NCBI GenBank assembly: GCA_018818965.1
Contig: JAHJQX010000029.1
Span: forward strand, 2,982 to 66,981
Direction of reading: 5' to 3'
Origin: Patescibacteria group bacterium
GTDB taxonomy: Bacteria > Patescibacteriota > JABMPQ01
Length of the DNA stretch: 64,000 nucleotides
Position 1 is the stretch's first letter, and each line of letters opens with the position of its first letter. Below, one piece after another: positions 49,098-56,952 of this stretch. The translations under genes were made by a program, and so were the position numbers. The notes below the pieces were generated by a model. The model was not told the DNA's origin, made no database searches, and saw only the letters and a program-made list of their open reading frames with translations.

Positions 49098-49158
49098 ACA
49101 CGCGACACTTAAAATGTCGTGAGTAACCCTCGTGCCGGTTCGAGTCCGGCCCCGGGCA
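49077..49158 (+). tRNA. tRNA-Leu(TAA), class II
   Basis: Acceptor GCCCGGG/CCCGGGC, anticodon loop CUUAAAA, long variable arm. Confidence 0.85.
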
Positions 49159-49192
49159 AATGTGATTAATAATTGTTTCTCGATAGTTAGAA

Positions 49193-49216
49193 AACCGCTT
49201 AAACAAGCGGTTTTTT
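49193..49216 (+). terminator. terminator after tRNA-Leu (AACCGCTT-AAAC-AAGCGGTT plus T-run)
   Basis: Read directly. Confidence 0.65.
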
Positions 49217-49424
49217 GGTATTTTTGGGATTTAAGCTACCGAGTTACTAGAAAATTGTTAATTGTAGACAGAAATTGGAAGGGTGAACCAGAGATTCGGG
49301 ACAATGGTACCTACTACTGCCGGGTTGATAAGATCTCGCCAGGGTGCCGAACGGACACTTTCGAACTGGTGATCGTTCATCATTTTCTGGAAGCTCGTTG
49401 ACAGATAGGGTATAGCCCAACACA

Positions 49425-50138
49425 CTATACCCTTTTTTTAGGTGGAGTAATATTTGGCTGATTTATATAAAGTGGCTCACAGAGACTATTTTTAGCCACG
49501 CCGGCAAGCTCCTCCCCACCCAACTCAACTAATCTTTCTGCCACCCCCTCCCGAGAATAATCTGTCGACAATAATAAAATATCATCCCTGAGGTTTTTTT
49601 CTGCGTTCTCATCAATCTCTCCGACTACATAGCTTATCCCTTTCTTTTTCTCCAGAATATTTTCCAACGTATTATTACCATAATCACCAATTAACTTAAT
49701 CTTGTTGCGACGTTCTTTATAGACGCCATAATAATATTTGTCAGCAACGGAGTTGACTAGAGTGACAAACTTGCCACCATCGCTCAAACTCCCAACAAAC
49801 TCAGCGGCTAAATCTTTATCAACCTCCCCCACCGCCCAACCAGCTAAAACATCCAAATACGACACTCCCACCACCGACACGCCCAAGGTAAACCCCAAGG
49901 CATTGCCAGTCGATACCCCCACCCGAATGCCCGTATATGATCCCGGGCCATTCACCACCACCACGCCAGTCAAATCCTCTTGTTCTGCCTTATTAGCCTG
50001 CAATAACTCGTCAATTTTTACCAAAAGTTCCTCAGATTGCTTATAATCCGATGGCCAAATAATCTTACTCACTAATCTACCTCTCTCGCCCAGAGCAACC
50101 AAACTCTGTTTACTAATTGTATCGATGACAAGATCCAT
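49425..50138 (-). CDS. tsaB: tRNA threonylcarbamoyladenosine biosynthesis protein TsaB (YeaZ-like)
   Basis: NGPGSYTGIRVGVSTGNALGFTLGV. Confidence 0.8.
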   Translation of the reverse strand: MDLVIDTISKQSLVALGERGRLVSKIIWPSDYKQSEELLVKIDELLQANKAEQEDLTGVVVVNGPGSYTGIRVGVSTGNALGFTLGVSVVGVSYLDVLAGWAVGEVDKDLAAEFVGSLSDGGKFVTLVNSVADKYYYGVYKERRNKIKLIGDYGNNTLENILEKKKGISYVVGEIDENAEKNLRDDILLLSTDYSREGVAERLVELGGEELAGVAKNSLCEPLYINQPNITPPKKRV

Positions 50139-50196
50139 AAAATCTTGTTTAATTTACACAACTTGCTAAAATAGTGACACTGAACTAACAAAAACT

Positions 50197-50634
50197 ATGC
50201 TTGAAGTTATTCCTAAAATCCTAATTATCTCTCTTATCTCTGGCTTAGCCGCTCAGGCTGTTAAGATCTTGATTAAGAGCACTAAAAACGGAAAATTTAA
50301 CGTTAAATCTGTAGATGACTACGGTGGTATGCCTTCGTCTCACTCCGCTTTTTTAATATCTCTGTTGACCGCTATTGGCCTGCATGATGGTGTTCTTTCC
50401 ACTTCTTTTGCTATCGCTTGTATTATGTCCACCTTACTTATCCGAGACGCTGTCGGTATTCGCATGGAATTAGAACAACAAGGCAAGTTTCTCAAGAAAG
50501 TAGCGGAATCTCAGCAGCCCCAGGTAAAAATCGCGGATGGGATCGGTCACCGAATTGGCCACACTTACCCAGAAGTAATCGTCGGAGGAGCGATTGGTTT
50601 TGCCCTAGCGTTTATCCTTTATTATCTCCTGTAA
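50197..50634 (+). CDS. divergent PAP2 family membrane protein (DUF212-like)
   Basis: YGGMPSSHSAF motif. Confidence 0.65.
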   Translation: MLEVIPKILIISLISGLAAQAVKILIKSTKNGKFNVKSVDDYGGMPSSHSAFLISLLTAIGLHDGVLSTSFAIACIMSTLLIRDAVGIRMELEQQGKFLKKVAESQQPQVKIADGIGHRIGHTYPEVIVGGAIGFALAFILYYLL

Positions 50635-51960
50635 AAGCTCACGGGAAACCTGACGATCATCCCAAGGAACATGCTGGCCGTTAGCCACCGCCATTACTGG
50701 TTCGCTGCCTTTACCGGCAATTAAAACTACATCACCAGCGTTCGCCAACTCGAACGCTTTTTTGATACCTTCTCGCCTATCTAATATTTTAAATAAATTC
50801 TTCCCCAGAACTTGACCCGCTTCCTGGGCTCCCTGAGCTACTCGATCAATAATTGCTTGTGGTAAATCGTCGTAGGGATCTTCATTGGTGGCAATAACAT
50901 AATCAGCGTACTGAGCAGCTAGCTTACCCATTATTGGCTGCCGCTTTATATCACGACCGCCGCCACACGAGCCAGTCACAACAATTAGTTTACTACCTTC
51001 AGCTTTATACAAATCTATCAATGTCCGTAGTACTTTCTCAAAACTGTGTGGTTCGTGGGCGTAGTCAACTACTACTGTAAAATCTTGGCCAGCGTTAACT
51101 AGCTCCATCCGCCCCGGGATACCTTTTATTTTCTTGATGACTGCTGGCATTTCGGCCACTGGCAAACCCAATGCTCGACAACTAGCAATACTGGCTATTA
51201 GATTGTAAGCATTAAACCGTCCTAATAATGGAGAAGTAAATTGGATACCTTTTATCTTAAACTGGAGATCTTTGTCAATGCAATTCACTTTGAATTCTAT
51301 CCCCTGCTTGCTTGTTATAATATCGCTAGCCATAATATCCGCCTGGCTATCAATACCATAAGTCAATTTTTCGTCAGCTTCAAATGACAAAAAATACTTG
51401 GCATACTTATCATCAGCATTAACTACAATTTTCTTAGGAATCACTTTCCCGGCATTTCTTTTTCGCTGGCAAGTAGTTAAATGAGAAAATAACCGCCCTT
51501 TTGCTTTTTTGTATTCCTCAAAAGAACCGTGGGACTCAATATGTTCTGGCGTTAGATTTGTAAAAACAACTACATCGTAATTAATCTCGGAGTGGCGGCA
51601 CTGAGCAATCCCCTCTGATGAAGTTTCAATGACGGCAACCTTACATCCAGCTCCTACCATTTCCCACAATAATCCCTGTAATTGGAACCGACCAAGCATT
51701 GTCTGTTTTTTATCGTTAATCCATTCCTTTTTGCCAATTTTAAAATTAGCGGTGGTGGCCATTCCCACCTTACAACTTGTTTCCCCTATTAGGGCAGCTA
51801 TCAAATTACAAACAGTAGTTTTTCCCTTTGTGCCCGTTACTCCAATGACAACTATTCTATTGGCAGGGAACCAAAAATAGACCGCTGCTAGCCAAGCCAC
51901 TAAGCGATGATACAAAAGTAACCAAGATCTAGGTAATTTTCGACGCAGCCAAGCTTTCAT
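50605..51960 (-). CDS. Mur ligase family protein (MurE/MurF-like, short N-terminal domain)
   Basis: VIGVTGTKGKTT P-loop, C-terminal IAGKGSEP...WDD Mur ligase C-terminal domain. Confidence 0.75.
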   Translation of the reverse strand: MKAWLRRKLPRSWLLLYHRLVAWLAAVYFWFPANRIVVIGVTGTKGKTTVCNLIAALIGETSCKVGMATTANFKIGKKEWINDKKQTMLGRFQLQGLLWEMVGAGCKVAVIETSSEGIAQCRHSEINYDVVVFTNLTPEHIESHGSFEEYKKAKGRLFSHLTTCQRKRNAGKVIPKKIVVNADDKYAKYFLSFEADEKLTYGIDSQADIMASDIITSKQGIEFKVNCIDKDLQFKIKGIQFTSPLLGRFNAYNLIASIASCRALGLPVAEMPAVIKKIKGIPGRMELVNAGQDFTVVVDYAHEPHSFEKVLRTLIDLYKAEGSKLIVVTGSCGGGRDIKRQPIMGKLAAQYADYVIATNEDPYDDLPQAIIDRVAQGAQEAGQVLGKNLFKILDRREGIKKAFELANAGDVVLIAGKGSEPVMAVANGQHVPWDDRQVSRELLQEIIKDKR

Positions 51961-53096
51961 GTCACAAATAAATAATAGACTTCATATAATGCTCCGAGAG
52001 CAAATATCACTGACAAAATATAAATCACTGGTTTTGGAACTTTGATAACATAGGCTGGTTCTTGATCACCTTTTTTCTTAGCCCGTAAATACATCCATAA
52101 AATCATAATACCAGAGATACCGCCGGTGACAGACCCTACTGCTCCCAACACGCCAATAAAACTAACCAAACCCAATAAAAATATAATTAGTGGCACAAAG
52201 CAAGTAAGTACCCAGCCTAAAGTTTTATCGAGACCATAATCATAACGATATATTTCTTTCATTGCTAAGCCTAAGGTCAAAAAAGAGGTCGCCATCGCCA
52301 ACACACCAAAAACCGAGCCAACGATTACTATCTTCTTACCGAGAAGACCAACTAGCCCCACTACTGCCTCTGGTGAAGTTCCTGCTCCAGAAATTCCCAC
52401 AATAATAAAAGTAAAACATAAATAAATAAAAAAAACTGTGACCGTACCTATTAGTAGTGCTTTTTTGAAATTATGCTTTTCTTTCTTCAGCATACGACTC
52501 ATATCGGGAATGGCCGATAAACCTGTAAAAGCAAAAAATAAGACGCCGTAAGGTAAAAAAGCATGACTAAAATCAAAAGTCCTAAGATTTTCTAGATCAA
52601 TGTGTTTGCCTCCAAAAACAAAGAACAGTGATATAACAATAAAAAGAGCGATAAACATTACTTTTTCCACTCTGATGATCATACCCAAGCCAGCCAATAT
52701 CGCTAGACTAGCTAACACAAAAAATAAAAGCGAATAAAGCATCGGTGTACCACCCAGCATATCTCCCAAAATCGTGTACAAAAAATCACCGACCCCGATC
52801 ATGTAGGCTAATAAAGATCCGTACAGACCAAAAAACAAGGAGAAACTAATGGCATATTTACCCCATTTACCTAAATACTTCTCGGCGTAACCTGTGGTCT
52901 GGTGAAATTCTTTGGTGCGGGAAACTACTTCTCCGTAACAGAGCATCTTAATGGTAACAATCGTCCCTAAAACAACCAGGTAGATTACCCCCGGGATGAA
53001 ACCAATCTTAGCGATCACATACGGGATACCAAAAATACCAGCACCCACTACTGTACCAGTATAAATTGCAACTGCCGAAAATAGTTTGCTTTTCAT
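51957..53096 (-). CDS. amino acid permease (aromatic amino acid/Trp-Tyr permease family)
   Basis: 379 aa, 11 TM, GTVVGAGIFGIPY N-terminus. Confidence 0.7.
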   Translation of the reverse strand: MKSKLFSAVAIYTGTVVGAGIFGIPYVIAKIGFIPGVIYLVVLGTIVTIKMLCYGEVVSRTKEFHQTTGYAEKYLGKWGKYAISFSLFFGLYGSLLAYMIGVGDFLYTILGDMLGGTPMLYSLLFFVLASLAILAGLGMIIRVEKVMFIALFIVISLFFVFGGKHIDLENLRTFDFSHAFLPYGVLFFAFTGLSAIPDMSRMLKKEKHNFKKALLIGTVTVFFIYLCFTFIIVGISGAGTSPEAVVGLVGLLGKKIVIVGSVFGVLAMATSFLTLGLAMKEIYRYDYGLDKTLGWVLTCFVPLIIFLLGLVSFIGVLGAVGSVTGGISGIMILWMYLRAKKKGDQEPAYVIKVPKPVIYILSVIFALGALYEVYYLFVT

Positions 53097-53105
53097 AATA
53101 ATATT

Positions 53106-53453
53106 TTATTCGATTCGATGTTCCTCGAACTCCACTTTTCCCTCCTCAACTAAACGTCGGACATTTTTTTGTTTTGGTGACAATTGTGATTGAGCTGTTT
53201 TGAATTCTATTAATACTACCTTGTCATCTTCGAATTGTACCCCGTCAATTGGTGTTCCCAAAAAGCGAAAGTCGCGCGGATCGTAAGGGTAATCATCTAA
53301 AAAAGGGAGGAATTGTTCCGTCATCTTGCCATAGCGAGAGGATTGACTCTTCTTGGAATGTTGCAAAACCTGATATTTTTTCCTTATATTAATATATAAA
53401 AACAACAGGATTAGGATAAGCAGAAACGAAAATGTTAGAATATATTCCGTCAT
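53106..53453 (-). CDS. membrane-anchored protein with PD-(D/E)xK-like motif (Hjc/restriction-endonuclease-like fold candidate)
   Basis: N-terminal TM. IDGVQFEDDKVVLIEFK...QK motif spacing. Confidence 0.35.
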   Translation of the reverse strand: MTEYILTFSFLLILILLFLYINIRKKYQVLQHSKKSQSSRYGKMTEQFLPFLDDYPYDPRDFRFLGTPIDGVQFEDDKVVLIEFKTAQSQLSPKQKNVRRLVEEGKVEFEEHRIE

Positions 53454-53457
53454 TGTT

Positions 53458-53910
53458 TTAATTATCTGCGTTCTGAATATAAGTGATCCCCTTCTTTAAA
53501 ATCCTCCCCACGTTCTTGTAACTAGAAAACTCTACTGCCTTGTCTATATCGACCCACTTCACTGCCGTAATTTTTTCTCCAGGCTGAGGTGTCGCCTGCG
53601 CTTCGGGAGCAGCTTCAAACAAATAAAAGTGGACTAATTTGTGGATCTTACGATTGGTAAAGGTAAATTGATACTCCAACTCTCCTAGATATTCCACTAC
53701 CCGCAGCCCACTTTTAGCAAGACCCGTTTCCTCTTCTATTTCTCGCCAGGCTGCTTCTTGATTACTCTCCTCTTTTTCAATATGCCCCTTAGGAAAAGCC
53801 CACTCACCGTAAGGGTCAAGGATAAATAATATTTGCACTTTGTTGTGCCAGCGGCGATAAACAACACCACCAGCTGAATATTCTGATTCCATAAGCGAAA
53901 GCTTTTTCAT
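53458..53910 (-). CDS. NUDIX hydrolase (start placed at internal Met of ORF 53458-54051)
   Basis: Nudix box GHIEKEESNQEAAWREIEEETGL. The upstream 47 codons of the ORF look non-coding. Confidence 0.75.
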   Translation of the reverse strand: MKKLSLMESEYSAGGVVYRRWHNKVQILFILDPYGEWAFPKGHIEKEESNQEAAWREIEEETGLAKSGLRVVEYLGELEYQFTFTNRKIHKLVHFYLFEAAPEAQATPQPGEKITAVKWVDIDKAVEFSSYKNVGRILKKGITYIQNADN

Positions 53911-54067
53911 TATTCTACCACATTCAGCTCTAATTTTTAACCCTATCAAAAAGCAAAAGAGCGGCATTGTAGAGAGCCGCTCTTTTATTTCTCCGCCTTC
54001 TTCTTCCATCTCCCGGGCTAATGTTAACATCGCAAAGATTTCTGTCAACACGATTTGGGGACAAATC

Positions 54068-54226
54068 TTACCCTCTAGCTATAAAAGCGTTGAGGGCAAG
54101 AAAAATTACTATCCCCACCACAGCCAAAGTGATAAATACTAAAAGTAAAGCTCGCCCGATATTACGCTTATGAGACAAATCAGGTTTCTCGGTAGCCATT
54201 TTATACTGCTTTGGTATAGACTTCAT
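54068..54226 (-). CDS. unannotated 52-aa single-TM protein (MKSIPKQYKMATEKPDLSHKRNIGRALLLVFITLAVVGIVIFLALNAFIARG)
   Basis: ORF below the track threshold. Starts 4 nt after the stop of the TolB-like gene on the same strand. Confidence 0.25.
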   Translation of the reverse strand: MKSIPKQYKMATEKPDLSHKRNIGRALLLVFITLAVVGIVIFLALNAFIARG

Positions 54227-54229
54227 ATA

Positions 54230-55933
54230 TTATCCCTTCTTCGCCACGCTATTAATCACCCAAATCCCCCCGCTGCCCTGATCCATCGGTTGAATCAACT
54301 GGATAATATAGGTGACGTCTTTATGTTTAGCTTCTACGGTAGCCTCACCCGCACCAGAATATTCACCACTCTCAATTTTAGAAATGAGAGTAAAGACATC
54401 TCCCGCTTGATTAAAGCCCAATTCGACTCCATCATTGAGAGCTGCCATATAAGGATCAAGCCGCCAAGCTTGGCTGCCATCATTAACTGAATTCTGCATC
54501 GCCTCCAGATCCGAGCGTTTGTGCTCGACTGCACCTGTTTTGATTTCTTCACTCGTAGAGCTGGAATCGTCCTTCTCCGATTGCTCTTCCTGTTTTATCT
54601 CCTCACCTGATATTAACCACTGGGAATCTTGATAAAAATTAATTGTATAGGTGCGCTCCTGGCTACCCTCATTGCTGTCCTCGGGAGATAACTTAACATC
54701 CACTTTTTTCTCCGATTGGCTGATGGTGGCCTCGCGTACAATCTCGTAGCGAGTGAACGTCCCCGCCAACGAACTGGATATCTCAGTTGAACCGCTTTTA
54801 AGCTCTTCAACCACCAATTCTTTGACGGTGGTGCTATCCCCTTTCATGCGAGCCACCAAGTAGGCGTCAAGAACTTCAGTATAAATACTAAAGTCAACTC
54901 CCAGGCCCCCGATTTCATACTGCGACCAGCGCGGAGCCAAGTCATTTATTTTGTTATTAGTCAGTCTTTCTTGCCCTGAGCCATCAGCATCCATAGTATA
55001 TATCTCCCAAGTTTGGCCGCCATCACGATTAGAGGCGAAAGCGATCTTTTCACCATCAGGTGAAAAACGGGGCGACTTATTACTGCCCTCGGTCGTTAAC
55101 TGTTTCTTGCCTTTTCCGTCAGCCTGAGCTAGCCAAATTTGCTCCTGGTCATCCTTCATCACTGTATAGACAATCTTCTTACCGTCCGGAGAAAGAGCTG
55201 GTTCGTATTCTTTATCCTCACCGGCAATCAAAGCAGTCACTTCTAAACCATCAGAATCAACTGTGTAAATATCACGATTGTCGTCCTCTTTTTTAACCTG
55301 GAACAAAATCTTCTTGTTCTCCGGGAAAAAGGAGGGAGAGAAAATGTCACCGGGTAAATTGTCGGCGGCAATCACTGTTGCATAATCACTACCATCCGGC
55401 TCGATAGTGGCGAGAACGTTCTTGGCCTCATCGTCTTTCCCCACCAAAACTGACATCACTAATTTTTTCCCATCATGACTCCAAGATATCTGGTGAGGTA
55501 CTCCTTCAATCTCAGGGTTAAGCAAACCGGTGCCATCAGATTTTTTGAGGCAAAGTTCGAAAACGCCCGCTAGGCAGGCGTAGGCCAAGGACTTACCATC
55601 AGGACTGATAGCTGCACTTTCGGGAGAATTTAAAGCATCAATCTTAGAAAAAGCCTGTTTTTGTTCGGTGCCATCACCCCGCATCCGCTGGATAGGATAA
55701 GTCATTCCATTAGTCATCGGCCTCTCCTGAGCCCAATAGATAAAGTCATCTGGCTGAGAAGTAGTTCCCTCTGATTGAGCTTCTTCTGTCTGAGTTTCTT
55801 CTATCGCTGTAGCCATTTCTTCTGTAGCCTCATAGGGCACTTTGATAAAAACCACCCAAGCTAAAGCTCCGCCGAAGGCAAGAGCGGTGACAACCAGAAA
55901 AATAACGATAGAAACTGCTAGTCCCTTTTTCAT
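54230..55933 (-). CDS. TolB-like WD40/PD40 beta-propeller protein with N-terminal TM and C-terminal unknown domain
   Basis: Repeated SPDGK/FSPDG propeller blades. Confidence 0.65.
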   Translation of the reverse strand: MKKGLAVSIVIFLVVTALAFGGALAWVVFIKVPYEATEEMATAIEETQTEEAQSEGTTSQPDDFIYWAQERPMTNGMTYPIQRMRGDGTEQKQAFSKIDALNSPESAAISPDGKSLAYACLAGVFELCLKKSDGTGLLNPEIEGVPHQISWSHDGKKLVMSVLVGKDDEAKNVLATIEPDGSDYATVIAADNLPGDIFSPSFFPENKKILFQVKKEDDNRDIYTVDSDGLEVTALIAGEDKEYEPALSPDGKKIVYTVMKDDQEQIWLAQADGKGKKQLTTEGSNKSPRFSPDGEKIAFASNRDGGQTWEIYTMDADGSGQERLTNNKINDLAPRWSQYEIGGLGVDFSIYTEVLDAYLVARMKGDSTTVKELVVEELKSGSTEISSSLAGTFTRYEIVREATISQSEKKVDVKLSPEDSNEGSQERTYTINFYQDSQWLISGEEIKQEEQSEKDDSSSTSEEIKTGAVEHKRSDLEAMQNSVNDGSQAWRLDPYMAALNDGVELGFNQAGDVFTLISKIESGEYSGAGEATVEAKHKDVTYIIQLIQPMDQGSGGIWVINSVAKKG

Positions 55934-55992
55934 ATTTGTTTTCTTAATTTAGTGCTACCATTATAGCAAAATTTGCTAACAAAAGGAAAAGA

Positions 55993-56430
55993 ATGTCGGA
56001 AGATCTATTTCAACTAGGAATTAAAGCTCTTATTCGTAATCCAAAAGGGGAAATTTTGTTGTTGCAAATAAATCCAGAGGTTAGGGCGCGCCGGCCAGAG
56101 AAAGCTTACTGGGATCTCCCCGGCGGCCGGGTACAAAAAGGTGATACTATCAAAAACACCCTACGGCGAGAGATAACAGAAGAAACCGGAATTACTAAGC
56201 TATCGAAAACTATTTTTTTTACTTCTGTTTTGTCTAACCTGCGCGTGCCGCTAGCAGATGGAGATGTGGGTCTGATTTTATTGGTCTATCTCTGCGAAGT
56301 TGATGGGGCGAAAGATATAAAGCTCAGTGATGAACATACTAAAGCGGGCTGGTTTACGCCAGCTAAGGCTAGTAAGTTGCTACACGTAAAATACCCCGCG
56401 GAATTTTGTCAGAAAATCACCGTAATATAA
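55993..56430 (+). CDS. NUDIX hydrolase
   Basis: GGRVQKGDTIKNTLRREITEETGI Nudix box. Confidence 0.8.
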   Translation: MSEDLFQLGIKALIRNPKGEILLLQINPEVRARRPEKAYWDLPGGRVQKGDTIKNTLRREITEETGITKLSKTIFFTSVLSNLRVPLADGDVGLILLVYLCEVDGAKDIKLSDEHTKAGWFTPAKASKLLHVKYPAEFCQKITVI

Positions 56431-56494
56431 AAAAAGACGCCGGCCAATCGTGTTAACGATGGCTAGCGTTATGTTTTCTAACGGAGGTGGATGC

Positions 56495-56851
56495 TTACGC
56501 TGTTGTCGAAGGCTGCTCAGTCCCTCCAGAAGATACGCTACTGATAGCAGCCGTAGTAGCTACGGTGGCCTGCCAAGCCTCGTGCCGTGCCCAGCTCATC
56601 AGCCCAGTCAGCGGGATAAAGACAGACTCTGCCCTCCCTTGCCCACGCGGCCGAATGAGCAGCTCTTGCCCACTGACCCCGACCACCTCGACTTCGCGGT
56701 GACTGAGAGTAGCCATTAACAGCGGCGGCTCCACTACACACTCCCCCCTCTTCAGCTGTACCCGCCGCCGGTACTCATCCATGCTTCCGTCGAAAGCTTT
56801 TACCAGGAAATTAATAGCAGTCCTGTCAACACGAGGTATTCCAACGCTCAT
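56495..56851 (-). CDS. hypothetical 118-aa protein on a GC-rich island (weak PilZ-like RRxxxK ... VSGQ resemblance, speculative)
   Basis: Longest of several overlapping ORFs in a ~0.4-kb segment that is clearly GC-richer than its flanks. The frame choice is uncertain. Confidence 0.3.
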   Translation of the reverse strand: MSVGIPRVDRTAINFLVKAFDGSMDEYRRRVQLKRGECVVEPPLLMATLSHREVEVVGVSGQELLIRPRGQGRAESVFIPLTGLMSWARHEAWQATVATTAAISSVSSGGTEQPSTTA

Positions 56852-56952
56852 TTCTTCTTTCTCTTTTCAGTTCGAGCCAGTTGAACAACAAACAACGGGA
56901 GCATAAACTCTCCGTTACCAAAGAACCAATATGCTAAAACCTAATACCTAAA

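Noticed and set aside
49132-49401. 89-aa plus-strand ORF starting inside tRNA-Leu(TAA)
   Set aside because: The start is within the tRNA and terminator with no support. The slightly GC-rich 49230-49400 tract is noted but has no recognisable RNA motif.
53911-54051. N-terminal 47 codons of the 197-aa ORF upstream of the Nudix domain
   Set aside because: It has an implausible Cys/Phe-rich low-complexity start. The internal Met begins a canonical Nudix N-terminus, so the gene start was moved to 53910.
56450-56741. Additional overlapping ORFs (89, 71 and 67 aa) in the GC-rich island
   Set aside because: At most one frame can be real. The longest minus-strand ORF is chosen tentatively.
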